Positions 39,609 to 53,637 of a stretch of 64,000 nucleotides of DNA are shown here, in pieces. The stretch's first letter is position 1. Each line of letters opens with the position of its first letter. A program made the position numbers and the translations under genes. Where the stretch lies: the NCBI GenBank assembly GCA_951406725.2, contig OX597814.1, positions 121,768,001 through 121,832,000 of the forward strand, read 5' to 3'. The stretch is from Octopus vulgaris (Eukaryota). The notes beneath the pieces are model-generated. The model ran no database searches. It was not told the DNA's origin and saw only the letters and a program-made list of their open reading frames with translations.

Positions 39609-40107
39609 CAGTAATCCCTCGACATATCGCGGTTCATTTATCGCGGTTCACCTATCGCGGTTTATTAATTAAGGTTACGTCGATTCCTCCGTGGTGTTGT
39701 TTTGCATTTATAATAAAATGAATATACACAAATTATAAAAATAAAATAAATATAAGCAATAATAAATCTCTGAGCGAGGTATAAACCGCAGCTGCACAAC
39801 ATTGTGAAGTATATTTGCCACATAAATGTGGCTAACCACTAAGGTTGGATGCTGCTGTAGCTTGTATATCCAGGAGGACACCTCATCCAGCTGGCTATTG
39901 ACACACTTTCTGTGCCCTATCAGTATTTTCAAAGGGAACCCATCTTTCCCATGGTCAACCTGTATGATACACACGGACTCGAGTTTCTGGGCATTGACCC
40001 GTCATCAGCGTATATATATACAGTACAGTGCTGTTTCTACTTCGCGGACTTTCTCCTCTTGCGGGTTTTTTGGGAAAGTCGCACCAGCGATAGTCAAGGG
40101 ATTACTG
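39609..40107. mobile_element. Tigger/pogo-like MITE with TA TSD
   Basis: ta|CAGTAATCCCTCGACATATCGC ... GCGATAGTCAAGGGATTACTG|ta. Confidence 0.85.
39968..40016 (-). ncRNA. minimal type I hammerhead ribozyme (canonical core)
   Basis: tatatacg-CTGATGA-c gggt caat gccc a-GAAACTCGAGTC-cgtgtgta: 8-bp stem I, palindromic stem III ACTCGAGT, GUC site. Confidence 0.75.
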
Positions 40108-41290
40108 TATACTTATAATATAAACACGATCAAACTTGAATTTCTTGAGTGGCCTTCGTCAGAGACTCTGACAAAGCCTACTAAGCCAAAGTCATGGTCG
40201 AACATTATCAATAATTTTGTAAATATGTGTGTGTGTTTGTGTGTTTGTGTGTATTATGTTTTCGGGTGAAAATTTATTTTGAAATAAAGATTTACTCAGT
40301 TTATGATGTTCTTTAGTCACAGGATCTCAAATTCCAGTAAATCTATAAACAAAACTCCATAATCAAAGCCGTAACTAATTCAGTAAAATATAGTTAGGTA
40401 TGTATTAGTTTTACTTCTTGAATATATAAACTGATTGGAGGAGAGCTTTATCTGCTCTTTGTAGCATATCAGGCAAGTCTGCAGCAGCTCACTTATCGGT
40501 TGCATCTCTCAATTATTAGCTGAGTCATAGAAAAGGTTACAAAAGCAGAGAAAACTTTACACGAAAATTAGATTGGGTCGACGAGAACTAACGAACGCCG
40601 CATAATGGCGCCCGTCTCACAATTTTATTAAGATATCGTTAATGAATTTGGTCTTGATCATTTTGATGTTCCTCAGTACAAGAGCCAAAATATGCATCAG
40701 CCAGCAATGTGGAAGTTTGGTTGGGTTGCGGTAGAATGGATTGCTAATGGCTTATGTGATAACAGGCAGCAACAATGTTGATGAAAACTAAATGAAAATA
40801 ATCATGATAAATTAATTCGATATTTTTTCTGTTTTTTTTTTTTTAACGAAAACTAGGTCTCCCTCAACACCCGCTATCTTGAATTAAAATGGAAATATGG
40901 AATAGTCAGAGAGGCGCCCATAAATTAGTTGGCAGAATTTAGTACTACACATGCTCGCACGCGCCAACACATACGCACCTGCGCACAAGGATACATGCAT
41001 ACACATATAAATGTGTGCGTGTATGTATGTGTGCATGTGTGTGCGTCTGCATACATGCTTCCAATCATTATTACATAAGGGTATGTATTAATATGCTCTC
41101 TATCTATATATATATAGAGAGAGAGAGAGTGAGAGAGAGAGTATTATTATTATCATTAATATTATCATTTATATATATATGTATATCTATATATACATAA
41201 ACATAGATATCTATACATATATATATATATATATCTGTGTGTGTGTATGTGTGTGTGTGTGTATACATAGAAATAGAGAGAAGGGGATAT

Positions 41291-41341
<51 letters not shown>

Positions 41342-42757
41342 TAGAGAAAGTGGTATATAGAGAGAGAAGGTGAGAATATATGTGTGTTTGTGTGGTGTGC
41401 ATATGGAAGTATATATGATTATGTACATGTGTGTATTTTTATGCATTTATCACAAGTGCATTTATATGTGCATGTACAGATATACATACGTACAAACACG
41501 TATACTTATTTGCATACGAATAAACACACATATACTTAAGTGCATACGGATGTTACACTCACAGAGTTAATAACGCAGCTTTGTAGCCACAGTAACGTGT
41601 TCACACGTAGCATACTTATAGCGTTTGCATAAAAAGAAACACGCACACATATACACACACGAGCACAAAATTATATGTATAAAAAAATTATGCACGAGGA
41701 CATCGTTATAACATACACAGTTAAACGTAAGATATTGTGTATTTAAAAGCAAGAGGACAGTTTCAAATAACTTGAGTATAAACCAACTATCATTCATACA
41801 TACATAAATAAACGCACGTACGCCCACACGCACGCACGCTCATACAAACACACACACACATGTATAATCTCTACGTGTTTTCCCCAATTGCAAGTGCATT
41901 TAATTAGAGCCAATTCATGCATGACTTTTAATGGAATATTTTTCAATGTCAGATTTTAAGATGGCTTTAAATTTAACAGTTTACCGAAAGAATATATTTT
42001 GAGTTGGGAAATCTCTACGTGATTAGAGCCAAGGATTTCGATCATAAAAATGCGTTTGCATTTCACATGTATTTTAATAGAATAATTAACAGGCTTAACA
42101 AGCTCAATAAATCTAGAAAAGCTGCGCGGAGGACGTCCAAAATGGTAGACAATCATGTTAGCATAGCCACAAAATATTCCCGAAGAGATTTCTATTTGCT
42201 CGCTCTGCTCGATAGGCATAATAGCTAAATCTCCATTTAGGCAATAAACAGAATATATATACAGGATAATCTTGGCAAGAACACCTTTAATTTAAGTATA
42301 AATCTGTCTAGTCGAGAACAACAAGAGTATACATACAACAATAACGGCAGACACAATATACACTGAATTTTTAATACGCGATATATTAACTGGAGGCCAA
42401 CTGACATCTTTGAAGCGTCATGTTAATGGTGAGTGTTATATTATATTCCAGTGTTGAGTTTCAGTAACTGTCAAGAGTATACCCTTCAAAACATTGTCCC
42501 CTGTCATGTCTATTTAAATTGAATATATTGCAAGAAGATAATATATTTAGCGACTGCATGTGATCCAATAGGATTTGTTCTAAAATCTCATTTAGATAAT
42601 ACAATATTATTGCGTCAAGTAATAGACAGCATTTATGAACGGTTTCTTACAAGATACAATATTTGTGAGCAGTTTGTTTGATATTGGATTCTAGTTTCAT
42701 TCTAGACCTTCGAATATATGCATATGTGTGTGTGTGTGTATGCATGTATATATATAA

Positions 42758-42819
<62 letters not shown>

Positions 42820-42821
<2 letters not shown>

Positions 42822-42965
42822 TTTATTTAAAAGCAGCAGAAATATAACAAACTCTGAGTAACAGCTTTTGTTATATTACTGCTGCCTTTAAATAAAGCAT
42901 ATTACTCTACCTCTTGTAATTGAGTACTCTTTTTTCCACCTTGTTTCACATTTATGTGCTTACTC

Positions 42966-43029
<64 letters not shown>

Positions 43030-43172
43030 TTTATTTAAAAGCAGCAGATATCTAACAAACTCTGAGTAACAGCTTTTGTTATATTTCTGCTGCTTTTAAA
43101 TAAAGCATATTACTCTACCTCTAGTAATTGAGTACTCTTTTTCCACCTTCTTTCACATTTATGTGCTTACTC

Positions 43173-43177
<5 letters not shown>
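42820..43177. mobile_element. two tandem deletion derivatives of the 46673-46908 element in (TA)n
   Basis: 42820-42969 and 43028-43177 are near-identical and reverse-complement homologous to 46673-46908, lacking the palindrome centre. Confidence 0.85.
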
Positions 43178-43240
<63 letters not shown>

Positions 43241-43362
43241 TACAATTTTACCATTAATAAACAAAAAATATAGTTACAACTACTTTGGTATATATGTAAA
43301 TAAATGTATTTTGAACATTTACGAGTTTTTGAAATTTAAGTGCATTTTCAGCAACACATTTT

Positions 43363-43429
<67 letters not shown>

Positions 43430-43838
43430 ACAATTTAATAAATAAAACAAATGCATACATACATACATATATTTTATTTAATTCATTTTGCAGGAAGGAT
43501 TGCTTCGGCCGGATCGTGTTCTGCCCTTACCTTCGAAACACGCATGGAGTCGAAACAGAAGCAGCTGAAGAAGGGGAATATTCTTTGTATCGCTTGTCTT
43601 ATACTGTTTTTTCGTTGTTAAAAAAAAGTCCGTTTCCTTGTTTTGTTTTTATGTTTTCATTTCTCGTTGTGTTCTACGTTTATTTGTGGGGTCCTGCACC
43701 CATATATGCATGTATATATACATATAGATGTAGGTATGTATATATATCTACGTATGTATGCATATGTTTTATTTATTAAATTGTTATTATATGATTGAAT
43801 GCTCGCGTCGTTTTCTTTTTCTACTTCTCCAAGTAAGT

Positions 43839-43882
<44 letters not shown>

Positions 43883-46042
43883 CATAAATATATTTTCATA
43901 CACACACACACACACACACATCTATATATATATATATATATATCAAACAATTTCCCAGTTGTTTTGTGATTAATGTTGTTCCTAATTAGCGCCAGACGAA
44001 GACAAGTGCATAAACAACAAGCAGGTGTATTAGTTTGACGCTCGGGGAAATGAAAGTCTTTTATGTTTCGGGCCTACGCTCTTCAACACAAAAGAGTAAG
44101 ATATGTGTGTATGTGTCTGTATCCATGCATACATACATATGTACGTCTGTGTGTATGTATGTGTATGTCTGTGTTTTATGTCTGTGTATGTCAGTCTCTG
44201 TGTCTCTGCGCATCGGTGTCTATGTCTAGTATAGTATAAAATAATTTGAAGACTGAAGGGCTAAAGAAAGGGTAGAGTAATAAATTCATTTCATCTTTGA
44301 AGAACTTTGTATAAATTTGTTCTTATAAAAATATTGATATAAGACAGTGATTTTCTTCTATGCTTAAAACTCAGATCGGCTTTCACAGATTTTGTGAAAG
44401 TCTCTCCAACACCGTCTAACATCAAAAAGTCTACCGTTGATTAGAACTTCTTATCTTCTTTGGAGAGTTATTAAAAACGAATTCCTTCACATCTCTCTTT
44501 AAGTTTGAAACTTAAGTTGATGTTTGATAAAAGCTGTCTAAAGTGTGATTGAGATTCCATATAACGATATTTTATAATGCTGGCCTATTATTATGAATGT
44601 ATAATGTGTCAGTTCCTTTACTTGCTATTCTGAACAAAGAAATATCAAAGAAATCACATGATTTGATTGTTTAAAAGATGAATTGTTCTCTAAGACATTC
44701 TCTCATGAAAACTCAACAATTCACCTTTATGACAATATGAATATATATATATTTTATTAACGTATATTGCATTGGCTCGACCATTCCTTCAGAACTCAGT
44801 GTCATATTTGTAATATAATACATAAATCGTAAAAGTCTAACTAGAATGTTCCAGTTCTGCGAGGAAGTCTTTATTAATATTTATTGCTGCAAACGACTTG
44901 CAATACAAAGGTCGTTATTATGAGGAAAGTTTTACAATAGTCGCATGGCAATAAGAATATCGATAGTTTAGAAGCGATCGATTGAAAAGTCAAAATAGTT
45001 TTATAAGATTACAGAATAGAAATTAACGGTAACTACGATATGATTTACGAAATGTCATTAAGAGGATTATGTGTTAGATTTTACAGCATGTTTTGAAGAT
45101 TTCTAGTGCACAACAAACTGCTTGAAAACGGATTAAAGTAAAGATCGGAAAGAAGGATCAAATGGGGGCGGGTGGTTGAAAGAGATGTGAAATAATGTTG
45201 AGGGTCTTGCAACGTTGAATTCAACGATGTGAGATCCAATGAGTAAGCGTGTAGGCAGACTCTTGGTCTTGTAGAAATTGCAGTATAATCCCCTTCAAAT
45301 CAAAATTTAGCGACGTATGAATGGAAACGGCGCATCAGATAATGTACTCATAATTTTCTTCTAAGTGAAATAGAATATAGTCAAGGTTAGGACACCGTGA
45401 AACGTGGATATGCTCAAGACAACAAAACAACAGTAAATTAACGAAGAACTGAGCAAAAGTACTGATTTCTAGAATTATGTAAAATCTGCAAGAATGCACT
45501 AAAAGAGATGTTACCTGCTGTTTGGAATAAAGTTAAATTAATTTGATTAATCAGTGGGTAATATAATTAATTTTCAACAGTGTCTTGTTGAAAAGTTGGT
45601 GGAAACACTACAAAATGTCAGTAAGTTAAATAAGATGTAATTGAATATTTAACAGACGCAATGCAGTATTATTTTCTAAATGAAAAAAAAATAATAATAA
45701 TAATAATGAAGTCAACTCAACTCAAGCTATCGCAGTGCAGAGGAATCGAGTAAAGAAATCACAGAAATATTTATAAAATGTTATTATGTTTTTTTCTCCT
45801 TTTATTCAACATATCGAAGTTTTAATGTACTCAGTCGCTGATAGTGGAAATAGCACACACACACACACACACGTATGCACATATATGTACTTACCTATAA
45901 ACTAACACATACATACGGTTATGAATAAATACATGTATTTATAAACAGACGCACTTACATACTTATATATATATATATATATACAAACATTATAAATAGA
46001 AAGATAGATAGATAGATAGACAGATACATACATACATACATA

Positions 46043-46073
<31 letters not shown>

Positions 46074-46576
46074 CATACATACATACATACATACATACAT
46101 ACATACATACATAGAAATCATCTATACGCATTGAACAAAATCACAGATGTGATGAAAAGAAGATTTGTTGGAAGAAAGAAGGGAAAAAAATAGAGGCAAG
46201 CAATTACTGCTGAGTTTACAGGCTTTAGTAATAAGTTTCTTTGAAAATACAAATCATAGCAGGGTTGCGTGCGTGAGTGAGTGTATGTTTATTTATTTGT
46301 GACAGAGGTATGCATGTATATGCATATACATACATACATACACAAATGTACATACATACTTATATATATATATGTTATAATTTACGTTATCTAAGAGATA
46401 CCACTACGCTGGAAATAGCAGTCAAAACTTGACTCTAAAACCACATTAAATGCTCATACAGTACCAGGAGAGAAGACAAAGAGACAAAATAAACTAGTAA
46501 AAAAATTACTGGATAATTCCAGATCCCGGATTTCTGACTCTGCATCAGTGGAATACACTAAGATAGTGCATAAATG

Positions 46577-46666
<90 letters not shown>

Positions 46667-46672
46667 CATATA

Positions 46673-46908
46673 TACCGGAGTAAACACATAAATGTGAAAC
46701 AAGTTAGAAAAAAGATTACTCAAATACCAGGGGTAGAGTAATATGGTTTATTTAAAAGCAGCAGAAATTCAACAAAACCTGTTACTCGGAGTTTCACGTT
46801 CCCGTTCGTCGGACTGTTTTGCGCGCTTTTTAACAAAACTGTCCGACGAACGGGAACGTGAAACTCCGAGTAACAGGTTTTGTTGAATTTTTGCTGCTTT
46901 TAAATAAA
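46673..46908. mobile_element. (TA)n-embedded palindromic element with variant hammerheads on both strands
   Basis: Arms 46747-46820 / 46835-46908. Each arm reads CCGACGA-acgggaacgt-GAAACTCCGAGTA-acag on its own strand. Confidence 0.8.
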
Positions 46909-46963
<55 letters not shown>

Positions 46964-47624
46964 ACATACGATATATTTACATATACGAACGTATCCATAA
47001 ATATGATGTATGTATCTATACACACACACAGACACACACATGCACGTGTGCGATACCGAACAGAAAGAAGCATTTTTCGAATATAGAGCATAAGCAGTTT
47101 ATGTAATTCTCTCCACAGGAACCGATATTGGTTGAAAACTTAATGCCTCATCAAACGTAACTGTTTGTAGCATGCTTTAACTTCGAATCTGCCGTTTAAA
47201 TTTGAGGTATTTGACAACAGGCAAAAAGCGCGCAATGCGTGGTATTTCGGTTCGTCAGCACAAATTTCGCCGTGGGGAAGAGTCGTTATTACAATGAAGT
47301 TACTGCTATAAGATGATGCTTGATAGCAAATCACAAAATGTGGTCCAGTTTGTGCGGTTGTTATAGAGAGCAATAATGAGGATAAGGTCGCAGATCTCAT
47401 TGAATCATTTAAACCGGACAAGAAGAAAAGCACAAATTCCTGGTAATCTGAATTATCATGAATGTTCAGGCAATGGATAGATATATGATCTTAATAAAAA
47501 GTCTTCAAAAATTTTGCTTTAGACATAATGCTTATCACGTTTCTAATCATAGTCAACTTCTTGATTTTTGCCTTATAACCCGAGTTAGGCATCTCTGCGC
47601 AACACAATGAGTAAATCGTATATC

Positions 47625-48000
47625 TTCTTGCTTACGAACTACATAGTTCCGGGTTCAGTCCCACTGCGTGGCACCTTGGGCAAGTGTCTTCTACTATAGC
47701 CTCCGGCAGACCAAAGCCATGTGAGTTGATTTGGTAGACCGAAACTGAAAGAAGCCCGTCGTATATATGTATATATACATATGTATGTGCATGTATATGT
47801 TTGTGTGTCTGTGGTTGTCATCCCAACATCGTTTGACAACCGATGCTGGTATGTTTACGTTCGGCAAAAGAGACCGATAGAATAAGTACTAGGTTTACAA
47901 AGAATATGTCCTGGGGTCGATGTGCTCGACTAAAGGCGGTGCTCCAGCATGACCACAGTCAAATGACTGAAACAAGTAAACGTGTAAAAGAGTAAAAGAG
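47625..48000 (+). mobile_element. SINE family A
   Basis: ccgggttcagtcccactgcgtggcaccttgggcaagtg...aaaagagtaaaagag. Confidence 0.9.
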
Positions 48001-48793
48001 CCTTACCCCTAATGGAAACCTAAACCAGAATTTTGTTCCCAAATAAAGATATTGTGGTCGGAGCTGCAGCCCAAAACAGAATTTAGAGAAATTTGTTTTT
48101 ACTGATTATGTAGTGCATGCGGAGTGTGTGTGTGTGTGTGTGTGTTTGTGTGTTTGCGCGCGTGTGTGTGTGCATGCATCTGTGTATGTATGTGAGTGTG
48201 TCTGTGTGAATGAGGGTGCGCGTGCGTAAATGAGATGTTTATCTGCTTTTTGGTATAACTTGCCACCATGCTAGAGCACCACCTCGAACGTTTTTAGTCG
48301 CATAATTCGACCGCAGTACTTATTGTAACCGTCTCTTTTGCCGAAATGCTAAGTTACGGTGACGTAAATAACCTATCATCGGTTATCAAGTGGTGGTGGT
48401 GTTGGTGATGTTGGGGGATGCGGTAGTGACAAAAACATACACAAAGACACACAACATTAGTAGAATGGGGGTCAAATCCGTATTACAGTTTAGGAAAGGG
48501 TCTGTTCCTTTCTATATCAATATAACAATATCCTATTTCTTGGATCAGAGTTGAGAGGAATCCAGAATTGTCTGATTGGTGAAAGCATTGATTAATGGAA
48601 AACTGTCACGCGTAAGGATGAAGATGGGGGTGGGGGAAATGCTAAGCAATCATAGGAAAGCGTCAAATCTGAATTCAGAAAGTTACATTTTATTGTTTAT
48701 TTATGATTCGAACCTGATATTTTCGAATTTATGATTCGAAACTAATCATACCGTATGCTAATTACATACAGAGATATCGGAAACAAATATGAG

Positions 48794-48828
<35 letters not shown>

Positions 48829-49129
48829 GGCGCATTATGATCTGGGATATAAGAAGTTCGATTGTCAATCACGTGGCCTGGGCTCCTTCTCAATGAGCTG
48901 ACCTTAGGCTCATATCCAGGTTTAGAAACCCACAAGATAGATTCAAAAGGCGCAGTCCTTGCCACACCTAATGATGTGCTGATTCTGCTGGGAATTGGAT
49001 TAAAGTGATATGCATCAGTATAACGCTTAGCCAATCGCATGCTAATTTAGTGAGCATGTATATACACACACTTACGCACACGCGCACACACACACACACA
49101 CACACACACAAGTATGTTCAATATATGTA

Positions 49130-49695
49130 TTGGGTTGTCCGGAAAGTTCATGCCGATTTTTAAAGGAAAGAAAAAGGTCAATAAATACTTGCTATTACAT
49201 TTTTAATCAACCAAACATGAACCATTTTGTTCCACAATGCGTCTCCATCTTTCCTTTAACTTGAAAATACCCTCTTCCCAGAATTGAGGTGGTTTCTTGG
49301 CAAATAATTTATCAAGGTATCTTTTTACGTCATCCAAGGAATTGAAATTCTTACCATTAAGACTATTCTGCAGAGACCAGAGTAAGTGGAAATTCGAAGG
49401 AGCAATATTTGGTGAATATGGAGGGTGGAGTACCACATTCCAGCCGAGCTGCAGCAATTTTTGTCTGGTTCCCAAAGCATCAAGTGCCGAAAATGAACTT
49501 TCTCATCTTCCATTTTAAAGGGTTACAGAATTAATACAGGTTATAGGAACATAAACCTTCTTCCACGAAAAGATAGCTTAAACCCTGTTCTAAATGGAGG
49601 TGTAGTCAAATCCTATTTTATGGACTCAACCATGTTCTAAAATAAGTCGAAAGGTAAGCTACTATAAATTGGCACGAACTTTCCGGACAACCCAA
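49130..49695 (-). mobile_element. internally deleted mariner (mellifera-like), TA TSD
   Basis: About 30-bp TIRs TTGGGTTGTCCGGAAAGTTCRTGCCRATTT. N-terminal MEDEKVHFRHLML is fused to C-terminal LGWNVVLHPPYSPNIAPSNFHL (YSPDLAPSD degenerate). Confidence 0.95.
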
Positions 49696-49740
49696 TATAT
49701 ATATATTAAAAGTTCATATATCTCCATACACATACAAGCA

Positions 49741-49799
<59 letters not shown>

Positions 49800-50258
49800 G
49801 TGTATAGTTAACTGTGCGAGAATTTATAATGTTACGAGAATAAAAGTATATACCAAATGCTGACTATATTAAAAACTCTAGCAAATGCATGTAGTTACAT
49901 AATTTTTCTATTTATGTTCGGTCTGTACATATGCGCTTGCAAGTTCGCCTATGGGTATGCGTGTCTGTGTTTCTGTGTGTGTTTCAAATGATACGGCCAA
50001 TTATTTCATAGTTCAACAATTTTGTATTTTCTAAAAATCTAAATCAGAAAATCGATAGGAATGAATAATAAAAACATTCGCAATAGATGCCACAAATGAG
50101 AACAGGAATCAGTGTAAAACTAACAGGAAATGTTCATTGGGCTTTTGTTATGTTCTTGGGGCATAGGAAATAGAAATCATGTAGCGGATATATTCTCAAC
50201 GTGGGTTGTGAATATTAATACTCTGACTAACATCCATATATATATATATATTTATATA

Positions 50259-50318
<60 letters not shown>

Positions 50319-50425
50319 CATACATATATATATACATATATATATATTTATTTATATATACATATATATATATATTTATATATACATATATATTTATATA
50401 TATTTATATATACATATATATATAT

Positions 50426-50528
<103 letters not shown>

Positions 50529-51134
50529 GTACGTGCCTACACGTACGCTTATATGTTTATGTATGTATCCGTGTGTACCGAGAGGTAACAGGTTATGGAG
50601 AATATATTCATCTATAATGTAACCGGAGATTAGTATTCAATAGTGTGGTTTGAATAGTGAAATTTTCAATTTAAGTTCACTGCCAATAAAGTGCCGTGCT
50701 TCTCGCGAAACGTACTGTAGGCACAACCTATTGTGTGTGTGTGAGTTTGTTTATGAATGAGTGTGTCTTTGTGTGTGTGTGTGTGTGTGTGTATGTATAC
50801 GTGTTAGGTGAATAACTTGCCAAGTTGGTGTGATTTAATCGTGACTGATAATTAAAAAGGCATATATCTTAATAACTATTTTTGCATAAATTAATATAAG
50901 TTGATACATGCCTATAACAAACACACATATTTCTTCAACCTGTGTTTTATGTGTACACATGATTTTGGGTGTGTGTGTTTGTGTGCGTGTGCGTGTATGT
51001 GGGTATTTAATATATAAACATATAAAGGAATTTGTAGTGTTCAAGGCAAATTTGGCCAGATATCAATTTAAATATACATTGTATATTAAATTGTTTAAAA
51101 AGGCGGTTTGCAAGCAGAAACGTTAGTGCACCAA

Positions 51135-51750
51135 GGCGGCGAGCTGGCGGAAACGTTAGTACGCCGGGCGAAATGCGTAGCCGTATTGCGTCTACCGTTA
51201 CGTTTTGAGTTCTGAGTTCAAATTCCGCCGAGGTCAACTTTGCCTTTCATCCTTTCGGGGTCGATTAATTAAGAACCAGTTACGCACTGGGGTCAATATA
51301 ATCGACTGAATCCCTTTGTCTGTCCTTGTTTGTCCTCTCTGTGTTTAGCCCCTTGTGGGTAGTAAAGAAATTGGTATTTCATCTGCCGCTACGTTCTGAG
51401 TTCAAATTCCGCCGAGGTCGACTTTGCATTTCATCTTTTCGGGGTCGATAAATTAAGTACCGGTTACGCACTGAGGTCGATGTAATCTACTTAATCCGTT
51501 TGTCTGTCCTTGTTTGTCCCCTCTATGTTTAGCCCCTTGTACGCAATAAAGAAATAAGAAACGTTAGCACGCCGGGCGAAATGCTTAGCGGTATTTCGTC
51601 TGTTGTTACGTTCTGAGTTCAAATTCTGCCGAAGTCGACTTTGCCTTTTGGGGTCGATAAATTAAGTACTAGTTACATACTGGGGTCGATCTAAACGACT
51701 GGCCCCCTCCCCCAAAATTTCATGCCTTGTGCCTAGAGTAGAAAAGAATA
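51135..51750 (+). mobile_element. SINE family B tandem trimer, followed by an antisense copy at 51752-51965
   Basis: Three consecutive acgttctgagttcaaattccgccgaggtcgactttgcc units. Confidence 0.9.
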
Positions 51751-53158
51751 ATGGTTTCAAATTTTGGCAGAAAGTCCACAATTTAGGGGTGGTGTAAATT
51801 GATTACATATACCCCAGTGTTTGACTGGTACATACTTTAGCGACTCCGAAAGTACGAAATGCAAAGTGGAACTCAGCGGAATTTGGACTCAAAACATAAA
51901 GACGGATGAAATGCCGCTAAGCATTTTGTTCGGCGCGGCAAGTGTTCTGCTAGCTCGTTACCTTATGCAGGATAAAATATCCTAATCGCATTTATTTAGG
52001 TAGCAATGATGCAAGATATTATTGCCCGTGTAGTAGCACAAAGAAAAACAGACACCATGTATTTAATACTCCACTGCAGAAGACAGAGCTGTGACGAATA
52101 TTCACAAGTAATCTTTGTGAGTTATTAATCGGGAACATCATTTCTACGCGGTCAATAAATTTTGAGGTCGTCTGAGTTATTTTTCTTCTTATAGAATAAG
52201 AGTTTTAATATGGTTCATTGATTAAGAAGCGATGGTAAGATGGGCGCATGTTTTCTTTAGTCGATTTTTATATCAGATACCTCAATGAAAATCAACAACC
52301 CTTGAAAGTAGAGTAGGTCGACTTACTTGAGACTCAGCTTTTAGCAATTCTTTAGTAAATCTATTGAATTCTAAGGTTCAATTAAGAAGTGGAAAATTTT
52401 ACATTCATGTAATATTCATTTCCAAGACAATTAGGAACGAAAATAAAGCGAAGCGGCAATACAAGGGAGTAAGCCAAGGTCCCTTGAGCTCGTGAATCTA
52501 ACTCAAACCGACAGTGATCATGTTATTGTTACATAAATATAAGACCATTTAGATTAAACCATGTATTAAACAAATCTTGTTTCTACATCGTATTGTACAA
52601 AGAAAGCAAAAACAAATTAACAAGGAGTCTTACGTTTCTAATAGATGAAGAACAACCGGAAGTTAAACATGACCAGCTAGGTGATATCGATGCAGTTATG
52701 GAGAAGCCACAATTTCCGATATCATTCTGTATGTAATCGAACTTTCTCAAAGAGCCACTGTTCAATTAATGAATATTTACTGTTATTGGGCGATCTCCAA
52801 AATTTCCAAAATAAATCGGTAGTTTTGCTTGTACAACTCGTCTCTAGATGTGAGGACACCGGATTGTAGCTGGACTCATGAATTTGTCAGTCGTTAATTA
52901 CACTGACAACTAATTAGAATTTACATCACATCGTAGAGAGGGAAGGGCCTTCATTTAGAAAGCGGTTCATGTCGTTTTTTTCCCTTCCCGTTTCTTATTG
53001 TGACTGTGTATGTTAATGACTTGGCAGGAAAATGGAGCTGCATTTCTTAATTCTTTATATTTAGATTTTTCTTTCTATGCACGAGTTCAAACTTCATTGC
53101 GAAAACAACTTTTGCTTTCAGCACTTGAACACACAGGAATCAATAAAAAATGTACCAG

Positions 53159-53323
53159 TAGGCGCAGGAGTGGCTGTGTGGTAAATAGCTTGCTAACCAA
53201 CCACATGGTTCGGGGTTCAGTCCCACTGCGTGGCACCTTGGGCAACTGTCTTCTGCTATAGTCCCGGGCCGACCAATGCCTTGTGAGTGGATTTGGTAGA
53301 CAGAAACTGAAAGAAACCTGTCG

Positions 53324-53416
<93 letters not shown>

Positions 53417-53637
53417 TTGTGTGTCTGTGTTTTTCCCCGTAGCATTGCTTGACAACCGATGCTGATGTGTTTACGTCCCCGTCACTTAGCGGTTCGGCAA
53501 AGGAGACCGATAGAATAAGTACTGGGCTTACAAAGAATAAATCCCGGGGTCGATTTGCTCGACTAAAGGCGGTGCTCCAGCATGGCCGCAGTCAAATGAC
53601 TGAATCAAGTAAAAAAGTAAAAGAGTAAAAAGAGAGT
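53159..53637 (+). mobile_element. full-length SINE family A
   Basis: aggcgcaggagtggctgtgtggtaa head, B box ggttcagtccc, internal (TA)n(TG)n, (aaagagta)n tail. Confidence 0.92.

Noticed and set aside
47140-47433. 97-aa ORF as a receptor exon
   Set aside because: No iGluR similarity or matching splice sites; the opposite strand faintly resembles a decayed mariner N-terminus.
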